Below are positions 12,030-22,092 of a DNA stretch of 64,000 nucleotides, one piece after another. The DNA comes from Candidatus Magasanikiibacteriota bacterium (lineage in GTDB: Bacteria > Patescibacteriota > Patescibacteriia > Magasanikbacterales > UBA922). The notes below the pieces were generated by a model that had not been told where the DNA came from, ran no database searches, and saw only the letters and a list, made by a program, of their open reading frames with translations. The stretch's first letter is position 1; each line of letters begins with the position of its first letter. Position numbers and translations under genes: made by a program. The stretch covers positions 28,060-92,059 of the forward strand of contig DMXO01000002.1 in assembly GCA_003482855.1 (NCBI GenBank). Reading direction: 5' to 3'.

Positions 12030-12573
12030 ATAATTTTTTAAATTGTTTTTTTGCTCGGTTGATAAGTGTCCCTACAGTGCCTATTGGTTTTTTCAAAATG
12101 TCTGAAATTTCATTATAATCTTTTTCTTCCAAAAACTTGAGAACGAGCGCTTCTCTATATTTTTTATCCATCTTCGAAAGAGTTACATTGATGTCGTCTT
12201 GCAACACATGCATGTCTACCTCATGAGACATATCGAGTCCATCTGCGATACGTGCGAGATCTTCATCTTGTACATAATAAAGAGGACGTACATTTCTCTT
12301 GCGCAATTCACTTATTGCTTCATTGTGTGCGACACGATATATCCAAGACGAGAATTTAAGTTTAAGGTCAAAACCATTCAAATTATAGTATACTTTCACC
12401 AATACTTCCTGCAACACGTCTTCGGCATCTTCATAGTCTAAGCCTGAGATACGCTTGATATATGATAACAATTTTCCTTTGTAACGTTCTATGATATACG
12501 CAAAATACTCCTGATTTTGGAGGGTTAATTCTACCAGTTCATTGTCGGTTTTTTCGGCCAATGATACAGTCAT
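12013..12573 (-). CDS. ECF RNA polymerase sigma factor (SigW/SigE-like)
   Basis: DAEDVLQE, FSSWIYRVAHN, region 4 YNEISDIL..PIGTVGTLINRAK. Confidence 0.93.
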   Translation of the reverse strand: MTVSLAEKTDNELVELTLQNQEYFAYIIERYKGKLLSYIKRISGLDYEDAEDVLQEVLVKVYYNLNGFDLKLKFSSWIYRVAHNEAISELRKRNVRPLYYVQDEDLARIADGLDMSHEVDMHVLQDDINVTLSKMDKKYREALVLKFLEEKDYNEISDILKKPIGTVGTLINRAKKQFKKLYGTRT

Positions 12574-12663
12574 AGTTCTTATATAGTACGCATAGTATGG
12601 CTGATTTATTTCAAATGGACAATAGCATTGTTTTCCAAACTAAAATCTGATAAAATTTCTTAT

Positions 12664-12996
12664 ATGGATATCTTCATCAAAAGTCTTGCCTCAGCAGCTG
12701 CGACAGCAGTCATTTTGCTTATTGCCAAATTCTCTAGCCCAAAACTAGCAGGAGCTATTGGGGGCATTCCTATTGTATTTGTCGTATCATACATCTTGGT
12801 TACCATGAGCAATAGAGGCGCGTCTCGTGAATTCCTTGTCGGAGGAATCTATGGGGCTATAGGTGCTATATGTTTTAGTCTTGTCCTCCTGTGGCTCAAT
12901 GTCCAATTTGTCAAAACATTTTGGCTCAACCTCCTCATTGCATATAGTATCTGCTTCGTAATTGCACTAATTCTCGTACATATCACATCAAAATAA
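12664..12996 (+). CDS. Small 4-TM membrane protein (DUF3147/GlpM-like)
   Basis: Start trimmed to ATG 12664; hydrophobic, GAIGGIP. Confidence 0.7.
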   Translation: MDIFIKSLASAAATAVILLIAKFSSPKLAGAIGGIPIVFVVSYILVTMSNRGASREFLVGGIYGAIGAICFSLVLLWLNVQFVKTFWLNLLIAYSICFVIALILVHITSK

Positions 12997-13218
12997 ATGG
13001 ACATCAAACCCGGCATCTACCGCCACTACAAAGGAAAAGAATATCGTGTACATTTTGTTGCTAAACACAGTGAAACACTAGAAAAATTTGTCGTATACGA
13101 AACTCTGTATGACAATCCTGAAAGCAAATTTTGGATTAGACCCATAGAATTGTTCACAGACAATGTCAAATGGAATGGAGATATAGTTCCCCACTTCACA
13201 TTTGTACGGGAAGAATAA
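12997..13218 (+). CDS. DUF1653 family protein
   Basis: GIYRHYKG, HSETLE, VVYETLY, WIRP motifs. Confidence 0.9.
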   Translation: MDIKPGIYRHYKGKEYRVHFVAKHSETLEKFVVYETLYDNPESKFWIRPIELFTDNVKWNGDIVPHFTFVREE

Positions 13219-13241
13219 AATCCGCTAACAGCGGATTTTTT
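13217..13241. terminator. Bidirectional intrinsic terminator
   Basis: aaaatccgct-aac-agcggatttttt between convergent genes. Confidence 0.8.
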
Positions 13242-13263
13242 AATCAGTGTAATCTATTTTAAT

Positions 13264-13288
13264 CCCTGCCTGTCGGCACAGACAGGAG
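13264..13288. repeat. Short REP-like palindrome (cctgcctg...cagacagg)
   Basis: ccctgcctgtcggcacagacaggag. Confidence 0.45.
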
Positions 13289-13300
13289 TCTAAATCGATG

Positions 13301-14506
13301 CTATCCAAACATCAACCACCCTGGTTTGAAGATAAGAAGCAACCCCAAAATAAATATGAGAGCGCCACCAATAAGATTGGTATATTTTGCGTACTTGCCC
13401 CCAACCACTTTTGACTTGAGCGTTACCATAGCAAGTATAAAAATCACCATATCATCAAACATGTAGAATACGATATACCCAAACATGTACAAGTAACGTT
13501 GCCACATAGGCAAATCATTTATCGCAAGTACTTGGGTAAATATAGCAGGAAATCCTGCAGAACATGCAAGCTCGACCAAATTTACAGAAAAACCCAAAAT
13601 AATAATACCCAAAATAGACCACCACAGACTCTTGCGATGCACAATATCTTTTATTTTTTCAAATGTCTTCTTGGTGCCCTCTTTGCCAGATACTTTGCAG
13701 ACTACGCCGTCTGACTTTCTATTTTTCCACCAATCACGCAACTGCATACCACCAACACCTGTGGCGACAAGACCTATGACCACACGCACAACCACAATCA
13801 TACCAATAAACATGAGGAATTGAAGCCATGCAGCCATGAAAATGAAATACACAAGCCCAGACGTAACAATAAAAATGCTTCCCAAAAGCCACATACGCTT
13901 CTTGTTTTGCATACCAAGAAGAAGTGAAATCAAAAACAAGAGCACCCACATGGCGCACGGATTGAATCCGTCGAGGAAACCAAGCACAACGGTCAAAATA
14001 GGAAGCGAAAAAGATGTAGCGTCTATCCTACCAAGCACAGGCACATTGATACATTCTTTGCCGTCTTCACAGGCTTGTGAATCTGTATTTTGTTGTTGTA
14101 TGAGGCCTCTGCCAGTCAGTTTACTCTCTACAATTCCCATAATTTGTTTGCCTGTCGTATCGTCATTGCCATACCCGTATACCACTTCTCCATCTATGAC
14201 CGCGACAGGAACCCCCCCGCCTCTGACATTGTAGTATTGTTGATACTGAGCAAATATTTTTTGATTTTCAACACTACTCACCTCGTACATTTTGAGATCA
14301 ATATAATTCCCATACTTTGGGATAAGTTTCCTCTCAATAAATTTGATCTCATCCCGACAGTGGGGACACGTTTCAAGATGAAACAAAACATATTCTATCT
14401 TTTGTCCTTCGGTGTCCTCAGGAACACCTTCTGCACGCACCAAAGAATTTCCAAAAACAAAAAAACTCATCAAAAAAAGAATACCATATAAAAATAACTT
14501 TCTCAT
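13301..14506 (-). CDS. Glutaredoxin/thioredoxin domain fused to CcdA/DsbD-like membrane domain
   Basis: Signal peptide, CPHC, membrane domain with DGFNPCA and VELACS. Confidence 0.85.
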   Translation of the reverse strand: MRKLFLYGILFLMSFFVFGNSLVRAEGVPEDTEGQKIEYVLFHLETCPHCRDEIKFIERKLIPKYGNYIDLKMYEVSSVENQKIFAQYQQYYNVRGGGVPVAVIDGEVVYGYGNDDTTGKQIMGIVESKLTGRGLIQQQNTDSQACEDGKECINVPVLGRIDATSFSLPILTVVLGFLDGFNPCAMWVLLFLISLLLGMQNKKRMWLLGSIFIVTSGLVYFIFMAAWLQFLMFIGMIVVVRVVIGLVATGVGGMQLRDWWKNRKSDGVVCKVSGKEGTKKTFEKIKDIVHRKSLWWSILGIIILGFSVNLVELACSAGFPAIFTQVLAINDLPMWQRYLYMFGYIVFYMFDDMVIFILAMVTLKSKVVGGKYAKYTNLIGGALIFILGLLLIFKPGWLMFG

Positions 14507-14607
14507 ACAAAAATAGTATTATTAAACTAACAGGACGTAGTATACAAAATATATATTGAAATGACAAGACCACCAATAAGGTGGTCTTGTGTGTTTGGGA
14601 AAGTAAT

Positions 14608-15381
14608 TTATTTAAGTCCAAGCTCTGTGGCTGCTTTCTTGTAGCTTGTCAAACTAAGGTTGCTTGCAGCTGACAAATCAAACAATTTATTGTGCATCTC
14701 AAGCCATTTACCCTGTTCTTTGGCGCATTCAAATGCCTCAGCTGCCTTTTGTGCATTAGCATGAAATGATAGAGGGAAATGACGATAGGTAAACTTAATT
14801 TTGTCGCTATATTCTGCAAGAAGTTGTTCTATGCTTGGTTCAAAATTTGCACAATAAGGACATTCAAAATCTGAGAATTCTACTACAGTCACCGAAGCAC
14901 TTTCATTGCCTGCCCATTCAACATTGGGTAATTCTGGCATATCTACTTTTACAATCTTTCCTGTCTCACGATCTTTCATAAAATCAAAATCTGGAGTATT
15001 GCCTGCAAGTACGGTATCTACGACTTGTTTGAGTGCACTATATGGCAATGCTCCACTCAAGAGATATCCATTGATAAATGTAGCAGGTGTACCATTGACA
15101 CCAAGACTAGCACCAAGTTGCATATCTGCTTTCACTGTGTTGGCGTACTTCCCATCGTCAAGACATGCGCTAAACTTTTCTGGTCCTGCTGCTACTTCAT
15201 CATCTATATTGGCAGCTGCATTGGCACGTGTAGGCATGCCACCTTTGATCATAATGCCCAGCAATAAAAAGAATCCTATAGTACACAGTACCATTGCTCC
15301 ACCTACGAGACCCACAAAAAAAGTCTGCTGTGGAGACATCATATCCCAAATATTTTTGGTTGCTTTTTGTTCTTCTGACAT
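14608..15381 (-). CDS. Membrane-anchored DsbA/BdbD-family oxidoreductase, circularly permuted
   Basis: GVNGTPATFING segment precedes EFSDFECPYC...RHFPL; start at ATG 15381. Confidence 0.88.
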   Translation of the reverse strand: MSEEQKATKNIWDMMSPQQTFFVGLVGGAMVLCTIGFFLLLGIMIKGGMPTRANAAANIDDEVAAGPEKFSACLDDGKYANTVKADMQLGASLGVNGTPATFINGYLLSGALPYSALKQVVDTVLAGNTPDFDFMKDRETGKIVKVDMPELPNVEWAGNESASVTVVEFSDFECPYCANFEPSIEQLLAEYSDKIKFTYRHFPLSFHANAQKAAEAFECAKEQGKWLEMHNKLFDLSAASNLSLTSYKKAATELGLK

Positions 15382-15556
15382 AGTAAGATTATATAAATTA
15401 TATATATTAATAGTAAGCTTGTAGATTATATCATATCCGTATGTATCGAGCAATTAGTGGATAAATCATACACAGGTATATATGCATGACTTGACGATAT
15501 GCACGGTATATAATACCATATAAGTATTATTTATGTAAACATATAAACCCAATCTT

Positions 15557-16138
15557 ATGAAACACGAACTTAATAAACTCCTCTATTCGTTTGATGCGCT
15601 CGAACCATATATCGACGCACGGACCATGGAGATACACTATACAAAACATCACCAAGCATATTGTGATAATTTCAACAAAGCGCTTGAAAATTATCCCGAA
15701 CTACAAGAAAAAAAAGCAGAGGATATCCTCCGTGGCTTGAATAGCCTGCCCGTGTCCGAAGCTGATCGTGTAAAAATAAAAAACCATGGCGGAGGCTATG
15801 TCAATCACAATATTTTTTGGTCTATAATGGATCCGAAAAAAGAAACTGATTATAATCTAAAAATGAAAATCACTGAAACCTTTGGCTCAGTGGAAAAATT
15901 CAAAGAAGAATTTTCCAATACTGCCAAAATGTTGTTCGGCTCGGGCTGGGTATGGTTGGTGCGCGACAAAAATGACAAACTAGAAATTTGCGCCCTGCCC
16001 AATCAAGATTCCCCTCTCACGCTCGGACATGAACCTATACTTGCACTTGATGTATGGGAACATGCCTATTATCTCAAATATCAAAATAAACGTGCGGAAT
16101 ATATAGAAAACTGGTGGAATGTGGTGAAAATCATATAA
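15557..16138 (+). CDS. sodA: Fe/Mn superoxide dismutase
   Basis: HYTKHHQAY, NHNIFW, FGSGWVW, DVWEHAYY. Confidence 0.95.
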   Translation: MKHELNKLLYSFDALEPYIDARTMEIHYTKHHQAYCDNFNKALENYPELQEKKAEDILRGLNSLPVSEADRVKIKNHGGGYVNHNIFWSIMDPKKETDYNLKMKITETFGSVEKFKEEFSNTAKMLFGSGWVWLVRDKNDKLEICALPNQDSPLTLGHEPILALDVWEHAYYLKYQNKRAEYIENWWNVVKII

Positions 16139-16199
16139 GCGCTTAAGCACTGGAGCACAAAATCACTGAAGCACTCTCTTGGTATGGGAGTGTTTTTTG

Positions 16200-16228
16200 T
16201 TGACAAAAACATATAAATTTGCTAACTT
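16200..16228 (+). promoter_or_regulatory. sigma70 promoter of GC-rich islet 1
   Basis: TTGACA-17nt-TAACTT, immediately after the sod terminator (about 16169-16198). Confidence 0.7.
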
Positions 16229-16276
16229 AATGTCCGTATTCATCCGCCAAATGGTGGGTTTCTCAAAGGAGGACCG

Positions 16277-16489
16277 ATGTCCCAGGACTCGCGCCACCGC
16301 CAGATCAGGCTCGTGACCCCCAACCCCCGCCGGAACGAGGTCAACACGCATATGTGCGAGCTGACCACCTGTGTCTGTCGCGGCAGGCGGGCAGCGTTGA
16401 CCTTCCGTCATGTGGAAGGCACACTCGCTTGGCTCTGCCCGAGCGCCAGCCGGCAGATCGACGCCACCACCTCGCGGCGGGTGGGCTGA
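16277..16489 (+). CDS. GC-rich orphan small protein (islet 1), 70 aa, Cys/Arg-rich
   Basis: SD AAAGGAGG, GC3-rich codons, own promoter. Confidence 0.75.
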   Translation: MSQDSRHRQIRLVTPNPRRNEVNTHMCELTTCVCRGRRAALTFRHVEGTLAWLCPSASRQIDATTSRRVG

Positions 16490-16502
16490 CAAGGTCAACA
16501 GA

Positions 16503-16621
16503 GCCACAAGTCGAAGGAGGGAACGGTTTTGCAAGCGTGTATGCACGCCTTCAAAACCCAAAAGCCTATATGGCACACAAGGGAGGACGCATCGCTTGTA
16601 GATCCGCGTCCTCCTTCGACT
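16503..16621 (+). ncRNA. Structured 3' RNA element, copy A
   Basis: gccacaagtcgaaggaggga...cctccttcgact; 12-bp closing stem with three inner hairpins; second copy at 17161. Confidence 0.6.
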
Positions 16622-16653
16622 ACTATCTTCAGCAAAATGATGAGAATAGTAGT

Positions 16654-16690
16654 AAAAACCACTCCAAGTAGTACTCGGCGTGGTTTTTTT
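16654..16690 (+). terminator. Intrinsic terminator
   Basis: aaaaaccac...gtggttttttt. Confidence 0.7.
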
Positions 16691-16691
16691 G

Positions 16692-16720
16692 TTGACAAAT
16701 TCTTCTCTATACATTAATCT
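16692..16720 (+). promoter_or_regulatory. sigma70 promoter of GC-rich islet 2
   Basis: TTGACA-17nt-TAATCT. Confidence 0.7.
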
Positions 16721-16762
16721 CTCACTTGTCGCTTCAACCGCCATCACCACAGGAGGTGAAAG

Positions 16763-17161
16763 ATGGCAGGTAGCATGGTTTCGGTGAACATGGTACTCAT
16801 GGGCAAAGACTTCCAGATGGAAGTCACTGGGGTTCTCCACTCGTCGCGTGCGATGCGACAGAATGGGGGATCCCGACGTGGGACCGTCCTGATCGGCCGG
16901 ATCATCCAGGGCGAGATGACCGTGATGGACGAGGTGTGGGTGCTCAGGAACTTCGACCCCAACACCGAACCGATCCACGACAGGGTCATCAGGATCGAGA
17001 CCAGTCGAGCCTCCAGAGACAAGGCTGGCGTGAACACGATGGTCGGGGTCTGTCTGAGTGTCTCTTCCATGGGCGACATCATCGGGCGCGCGGCCGCCCG
17101 CGCCTACGACGCGGCTATGATCGAGCAGCGGCGCCAGATGCCGCCGCGTCCGGTGGCGTAG
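16763..17161 (+). CDS. GC-rich orphan protein (islet 2), 132 aa
   Basis: SD AGGAGGTGA, GC3-rich codons, own promoter. Confidence 0.8.
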   Translation: MAGSMVSVNMVLMGKDFQMEVTGVLHSSRAMRQNGGSRRGTVLIGRIIQGEMTVMDEVWVLRNFDPNTEPIHDRVIRIETSRASRDKAGVNTMVGVCLSVSSMGDIIGRAAARAYDAAMIEQRRQMPPRPVA

Positions 17162-17280
17162 CCACAAGTCGAAGGAGGGAGTGGTGACGATGGCAACAGC
17201 CTCAATCACCGCACGGCCCGATATTACATCGGGCAACGCAACAAGGAAGGCGCGTACGTTCATCGCGCCCTCCTTCGACT
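17161..17280 (+). ncRNA. Structured 3' RNA element, copy B
   Basis: gccacaagtcgaaggaggga...ccctccttcgact; 13-bp closing stem, same architecture as copy A. Confidence 0.6.
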
Positions 17281-17313
17281 GTTTTGATTATCAAATTTGG
17301 TAATAAGAATAGC

Positions 17314-17342
17314 AAAAAGAACCCTTAGTAAGGGTTCTTTTT
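17314..17342. terminator. Bidirectional terminator
   Basis: aaaaagaaccctt-agt-aagggttcttttt. Confidence 0.85.
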
Positions 17343-17359
17343 AATGCGCTTATTTCTGT

Positions 17360-17848
17360 TTACTCTCTATAACAATCACCCATCATATCTCGAGGAAAAT
17401 CTGCCAATTCAAGAGGTTCACATGGTATTGTACCATTACCATCATGTACAATAATCCACTCACCTGTTATGGAATCTCTAACTGAGAAAAAAATACCTCC
17501 TTCACCAACTTCAGATTCATCTGGATTAATAAAACCTACCTGTCCTCGCACAAATGTATTATCTCTTGCAAGTCCTATTTCAATACGTACACCATCTGAG
17601 GGACGGCCATATTTCAGTACGAACGCCTGACGCAATTCATTTTCCAACGTTGCCCGTTCACTTGTCCGAGACGTACTGGTAGTGTCTAATGCGGTACTGC
17701 TAGTATCACTCATCTCTGGTTGTCCCACTGAATTTTCTCTAGATGCCGCACCCCCATTATTATTCCCTGTCTCATAAGGTACAGGGTTACATGCTGCACC
17801 AAGTAGGAATACTAATACAAAGATTCCCCCTATATAAATATATTTCAT
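17360..17848 (-). CDS. Hypothetical lipoprotein
   Basis: Lipobox-like LGAAC, S/T-rich linker, C-terminal W..VHDGNG..PC. Confidence 0.75.
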   Translation of the reverse strand: MKYIYIGGIFVLVFLLGAACNPVPYETGNNNGGAASRENSVGQPEMSDTSSTALDTTSTSRTSERATLENELRQAFVLKYGRPSDGVRIEIGLARDNTFVRGQVGFINPDESEVGEGGIFFSVRDSITGEWIIVHDGNGTIPCEPLELADFPRDMMGDCYRE

Positions 17849-17873
17849 ATACCTATTTTAGAATCATTATCTC

Positions 17874-19316
17874 CTAATAATCACTCAACTTATTTATCAC
17901 ATCAAAACCTTTTATTTTCTCAAGCGCCTTGGCTTCTATCTGACGAATACGTTCACGTGTCACGCCAAACTCTTTGCCGACTTCCTCGAGCGTGTGTGTC
18001 ACGCCATCACTTAGTCCAAATCGCATCTCGAGAATCTTCTTTTCACGAGGTGAGAGATCTTGGATAGCAATCTGAATATAATCACGCAAAAGCTCTGCTC
18101 CTGCTGCTTGGGATGGACTAATATTTTTGACATCCTCAATAAAATCAGAAAGTGATGTATCATCATCGTCATCATCCCCTACTGATGTTTCGAGCGAGAC
18201 AGTATCTTGAGAAATTTTTATGATGTGCTTTACCTTTTCTATGTCCTCACCCATCTCAGCTGCGATTTCTTCTGGAGTGGCATCACGTCCCAAATCTTGC
18301 AAAAGCCTACGTGACACTTGCATGAGACGATTGATAGTCTCGACCATATGCACGGGAATACGAATCGTACGAGAATGATCTGCAAGAGCGCGTGTAATAG
18401 CTTGACGAATCCACCATGTCGCATACGTACTAAATTTGTATCCTTTGCGATAGTCAAATTTCTTTACTGCGCGAAACAAACCAATATTTCCCTCTTGGAT
18501 AAGATCAAGAAGTGATAACGACTTGCCTACAAATTTCTTTGCAATAGACACAACAAGGCGAAGATTTGCTTCGATCATTCTGCGTTCTGCATTTTTGTCT
18601 CCACGTTCTTTTGCTTTGGCAAGCGTGACTTCTTCTTCAGCACTGAGGAGTGATACCTTGCCTATTTCACGCAAATACATCTGGATAGAATCCTGAGATA
18701 TACTCCCAAGATCAAAAAATACTCCGGATTCCACATCGGGTTGTTCTCCTTGAAGTCCACTGATAACCTCTGTCTTTTGTTCACGACGACTGGCTCCAAG
18801 CAAACCCTCTTGTGCTTCAACAATCGCGACACTGTTTTTGTCGAGTAAACTCAAGAAAAATTCATACAAATCTACATAATGCTCCACCCGACTAAAAAGC
18901 ATCATGGTTTCCCGTTCTGTAAGAAAACCTCTATTTCGTCCTTTTTGCACGAGCTGAATAATCTGCTCTTCTGTCGGTGGGACAAATGGTTCTTCAACCA
19001 AAGGTTTACGATGCTCTGGTGTATAGAAAACACGCCTATCGTGAGATGACGTTCTCTTTTTTGTCTGTCCACCATGCGAGGTGGCTCCTCTTTTTTGTGT
19101 TACATCTTTTCGCAGTGTAACTTTTTTTTGCGAAGACTTCTTTGTTGTACTGCGAGAAGTCTTGGTACGCAGTGCCCGCGTAGATATGGTGCGGGTAGTT
19201 TTGGTACGAGCTATAGCTCGTTTTTTGGTGGCTGCCTTTTGGGCAGTTATTTTTTTGCGAGTAGTCTTTTGACTGGCTCTCGCTGTAGCCTTGGTTGTAT
19301 GTGTTTTCCGAGGCAT
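17874..19316 (-). CDS. rpoD: Primary sigma factor with long basic N-terminal extension
   Basis: [58 protein letters not shown]. Confidence 0.96.
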   Translation of the reverse strand: MPRKTHTTKATARASQKTTRKKITAQKAATKKRAIARTKTTRTISTRALRTKTSRSTTKKSSQKKVTLRKDVTQKRGATSHGGQTKKRTSSHDRRVFYTPEHRKPLVEEPFVPPTEEQIIQLVQKGRNRGFLTERETMMLFSRVEHYVDLYEFFLSLLDKNSVAIVEAQEGLLGASRREQKTEVISGLQGEQPDVESGVFFDLGSISQDSIQMYLREIGKVSLLSAEEEVTLAKAKERGDKNAERRMIEANLRLVVSIAKKFVGKSLSLLDLIQEGNIGLFRAVKKFDYRKGYKFSTYATWWIRQAITRALADHSRTIRIPVHMVETINRLMQVSRRLLQDLGRDATPEEIAAEMGEDIEKVKHIIKISQDTVSLETSVGDDDDDDTSLSDFIEDVKNISPSQAAGAELLRDYIQIAIQDLSPREKKILEMRFGLSDGVTHTLEEVGKEFGVTRERIRQIEAKALEKIKGFDVINKLSDY

Positions 19317-19329
19317 TGGAATTTGATTA

Positions 19330-19404
19330 TTAGGTTTTAGGTATTAGGTATTAGGTATTAGGGGGTATCCCTAAAACCTAAACTTACCTAAAACCCAATA
19401 CCTG
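19330..19404. repeat. Inverted heptamer array (taggtat)n / (cctaaaa)n
   Basis: Intergenic between dnaG and rpoD; arms mutually complementary. Confidence 0.75.
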
Positions 19405-19406
19405 TA

Positions 19407-21209
19407 TTATGACGTTAATTTTTTAAATTCTTCCATCAAAATATTTATTTTTTCTGTGTCATGAGCTTTCTCAGCTTGAATGATTTCTTGCTGCAATCTC
19501 TTTTGTTCTTGCTTCTGCCATTCATCCTTAATTAATACGCACAAATTGCTAAATTCTTTCTCAACTTCTCCAGACGTCAATGTAGCAAAATCCTTCTCAC
19601 CAGCCATGAGAAGTATATCAATTATATTTTCTTGACCAGGATGATCAAACTCGTCATGCAATTGGTCAATAATAATACCTCCACTAGTATACTGTCTTTG
19701 CACTGTTTCGTAAAGAGAAGCATAGGGACCTGTGGACAAGACAGAATTTCGAATTTCGAATTTCGAATTTCGAATTATATCTGGAAATCGCAACATTAAT
19801 ATGAGAAGACGTTCAATCAACAAATCTAAACGCGTCTTTTCTACAGATTGTATCGGTGTTGGTTTCTTGGTTTCTTGGTTTCTTGGTTTATTATTTTTTT
19901 CCTCACTTTTTACCCGCGCCATATCATCACGCAACACTGCCACATCCACACCCAGCCGAACGCCAAGTTCTTGCAACCAGTGATCTCTCTCTACTGCATA
20001 GGGTATGCGGCCAATTTCACGAAGCAATTCAGTTGCTATAACCTGCTTTTGTTTTGGATTATGTATATCTTTGCCTGCGAATGCTCGATTGAAATACCAC
20101 TGCATAACATCCTCTGCATGTGCGACTGCATCGAACCATGTCTGTTTATTTTGTTTTATACATTCATCTGGATCTTTGCCCGCTCCATCTGGAATCTGTA
20201 TAACACGCATATTCATACCCTCTTCTATAGCAATATCTATACCTCGTTTTGCTGCAGCGATACCCGCGGCATCTGCATCAAATGCCATATTCATATTTTG
20301 TGAATATCGTTTCAATAATCTCACTTGTTCTTCGGTCATTGCAGTACCGCTCGTTGCAATCACATTGCTCATCCCCGTCTGATGACATGCAATAACATCC
20401 ATTTGCCCTTCGACCATAACAATCAAATCTTTGTGTTTGATTTCTTTTTTTGCCTTGTTGAGTCCAAAGACTACACGTGATTTGTCATACACTGGTGTCT
20501 GTGGCGTATTTACATATTTTCCACCACTATGCTCTGTCTCTACAAGCACGCGTCCAGTAAATCCTACGACATTGTCGTGTATATCCCAAATAGGAAACAT
20601 AATACGCCCACGAAAACGATCATAAAAGCCTTTCATGCTTTGTATGTTTGCATTATCCTTTTTTATGGTAAGCCCTGATACAACGAGGTCATCTATTGCA
20701 AATCCTTTTTTGAGCAAATACTGCGTAAGCAAATCCCATTGATCTGGAATAAATCCTATCTGCCATTCAATAATTGTCTCATCGGTCAATTTTCTCGTAT
20801 GTAAATACTCCCGCGCTATTTTGGATGCATCCATCCTCAACAAGAAATTATGAAAAAATAATGCAGCAGCTCGATTGATTTCCTTTATTCTATTTTTTTG
20901 GCTACTCTGCACTTCATTTTGAAAATTATTCGTGAGTTGTATTCCTGCCTTGTCTGCCAGATATTTGAGTGCCTCACGGAATTCCATACCTTCCATTTCT
21001 TCGACAAATGTAAAAATGTCTCCGCCTTTCCCACAACCAAAACAATGCCAGCTTTGTCGCTCGCGACTTGCCATAAAGGATGGCGTCTTTTCATGATGAA
21101 ATGGACACAGACCCTTATGGTTGATACCAGCAGGCTTGAGTTGGACATACTCCCCAATCAAATCCACGACATCAAGTTTATCCTTGATAAGTTGTACATC
21201 ATCACTCAT
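19407..21209 (-). CDS. dnaG: DNA primase
   Basis: CPFHHEKTPSF, HCFGC, DRFRGRIMFPI, VEGQMDVI, FDADAAG. Confidence 0.97.
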   Translation of the reverse strand: MSDDVQLIKDKLDVVDLIGEYVQLKPAGINHKGLCPFHHEKTPSFMASRERQSWHCFGCGKGGDIFTFVEEMEGMEFREALKYLADKAGIQLTNNFQNEVQSSQKNRIKEINRAAALFFHNFLLRMDASKIAREYLHTRKLTDETIIEWQIGFIPDQWDLLTQYLLKKGFAIDDLVVSGLTIKKDNANIQSMKGFYDRFRGRIMFPIWDIHDNVVGFTGRVLVETEHSGGKYVNTPQTPVYDKSRVVFGLNKAKKEIKHKDLIVMVEGQMDVIACHQTGMSNVIATSGTAMTEEQVRLLKRYSQNMNMAFDADAAGIAAAKRGIDIAIEEGMNMRVIQIPDGAGKDPDECIKQNKQTWFDAVAHAEDVMQWYFNRAFAGKDIHNPKQKQVIATELLREIGRIPYAVERDHWLQELGVRLGVDVAVLRDDMARVKSEEKNNKPRNQETKKPTPIQSVEKTRLDLLIERLLILMLRFPDIIRNSKFEIRNSVLSTGPYASLYETVQRQYTSGGIIIDQLHDEFDHPGQENIIDILLMAGEKDFATLTSGEVEKEFSNLCVLIKDEWQKQEQKRLQQEIIQAEKAHDTEKINILMEEFKKLTS

Positions 21210-21320
21210 ATTTTGTAACTCATGACTCAGATAACATAACCTATCTAAACCAAAAAATCAATACGCAAAACCGCCCTCTCGAGCGGCTCGCTAATATTCA
21301 ATATCCTAATATCCAATATC

Positions 21321-22001
21321 TTATCCGATGATTGTCCCCTTAAATTTCTTCCCTGTCAAAACGTTCTTCACTTCTTCCAAACCAGTCCCTTTCAAGATAC
21401 AAACTTTCAGACCTAATTTTTGTGCTTCTTTACTAGCAACCGGATCAAACGGCGCGTTTTTCCCCGGATCCCATATTTCGCCCACAACTTCTTTGCGAAA
21501 TGTTTTCCAATCCATGTGTTCTATTTTCTGCGCATCTATAAATTTAGCAGGATCTTTTGTATATACGTAATCGATATTTGAAAGATTGATTACTTCTTTG
21601 GCGCCATATGTTTTGGCAAATAAAACAGCATCCATGTCAGTACTCCAGCCCGGCTTGTATCCACCCGCGACAATAATTGGCTTATTTGTTTTTATTTTCT
21701 TCGTAGGATCAATGACAACATCACCATACGCATAATCTTTGAAAATAAATTTTACAAACTGTGCGTTGAGAATTGTCGTGTATATTCCCATCCAATCGAG
21801 TTCCACATCTTTAAGTGAGACAGTTTTTTTGAGGGCATCTTGATATTGTCGACATGTCGCCCCACCACCAATCATGAGTACAAATTTCTGCCCTTTTTTC
21901 ACTTCATCCAAAATAAGTTTTCTAAATTTTTTCAAAAATAAAATATCAAACCCTGTTTTTGGAATGATGATAGAACCACCCAAAGATATAATAGTATACA
22001 T
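21321..22001 (-). CDS. pyrH: UMP kinase, archaeal-type
   Basis: ISLGGSI, IGGGATCRQY, PGWSTD, DYVYTKDP, PFDPVA. Confidence 0.9.
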   Translation of the reverse strand: MYTIISLGGSIIIPKTGFDILFLKKFRKLILDEVKKGQKFVLMIGGGATCRQYQDALKKTVSLKDVELDWMGIYTTILNAQFVKFIFKDYAYGDVVIDPTKKIKTNKPIIVAGGYKPGWSTDMDAVLFAKTYGAKEVINLSNIDYVYTKDPAKFIDAQKIEHMDWKTFRKEVVGEIWDPGKNAPFDPVASKEAQKLGLKVCILKGTGLEEVKNVLTGKKFKGTIIG

Positions 22002-22092
22002 AAAGCATTCTAACTAATTAAACTCTAAATTCGAAATTCTAAACAATATAAAATTACCAAAATACTAAAATCAAAACAAAAATTTTGAACAT

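Noticed and set aside
16503-17180. 20-bp direct repeat as a CRISPR array
   Set aside because: Only two copies, 658 bp apart and enclosing a gene; treated as a structured 3' element
16163-17263. 366-aa minus-strand ORF
   Set aside because: Antisense shadow across two GC-rich + strand genes, their promoters and terminators; the + genes have SDs and codon bias
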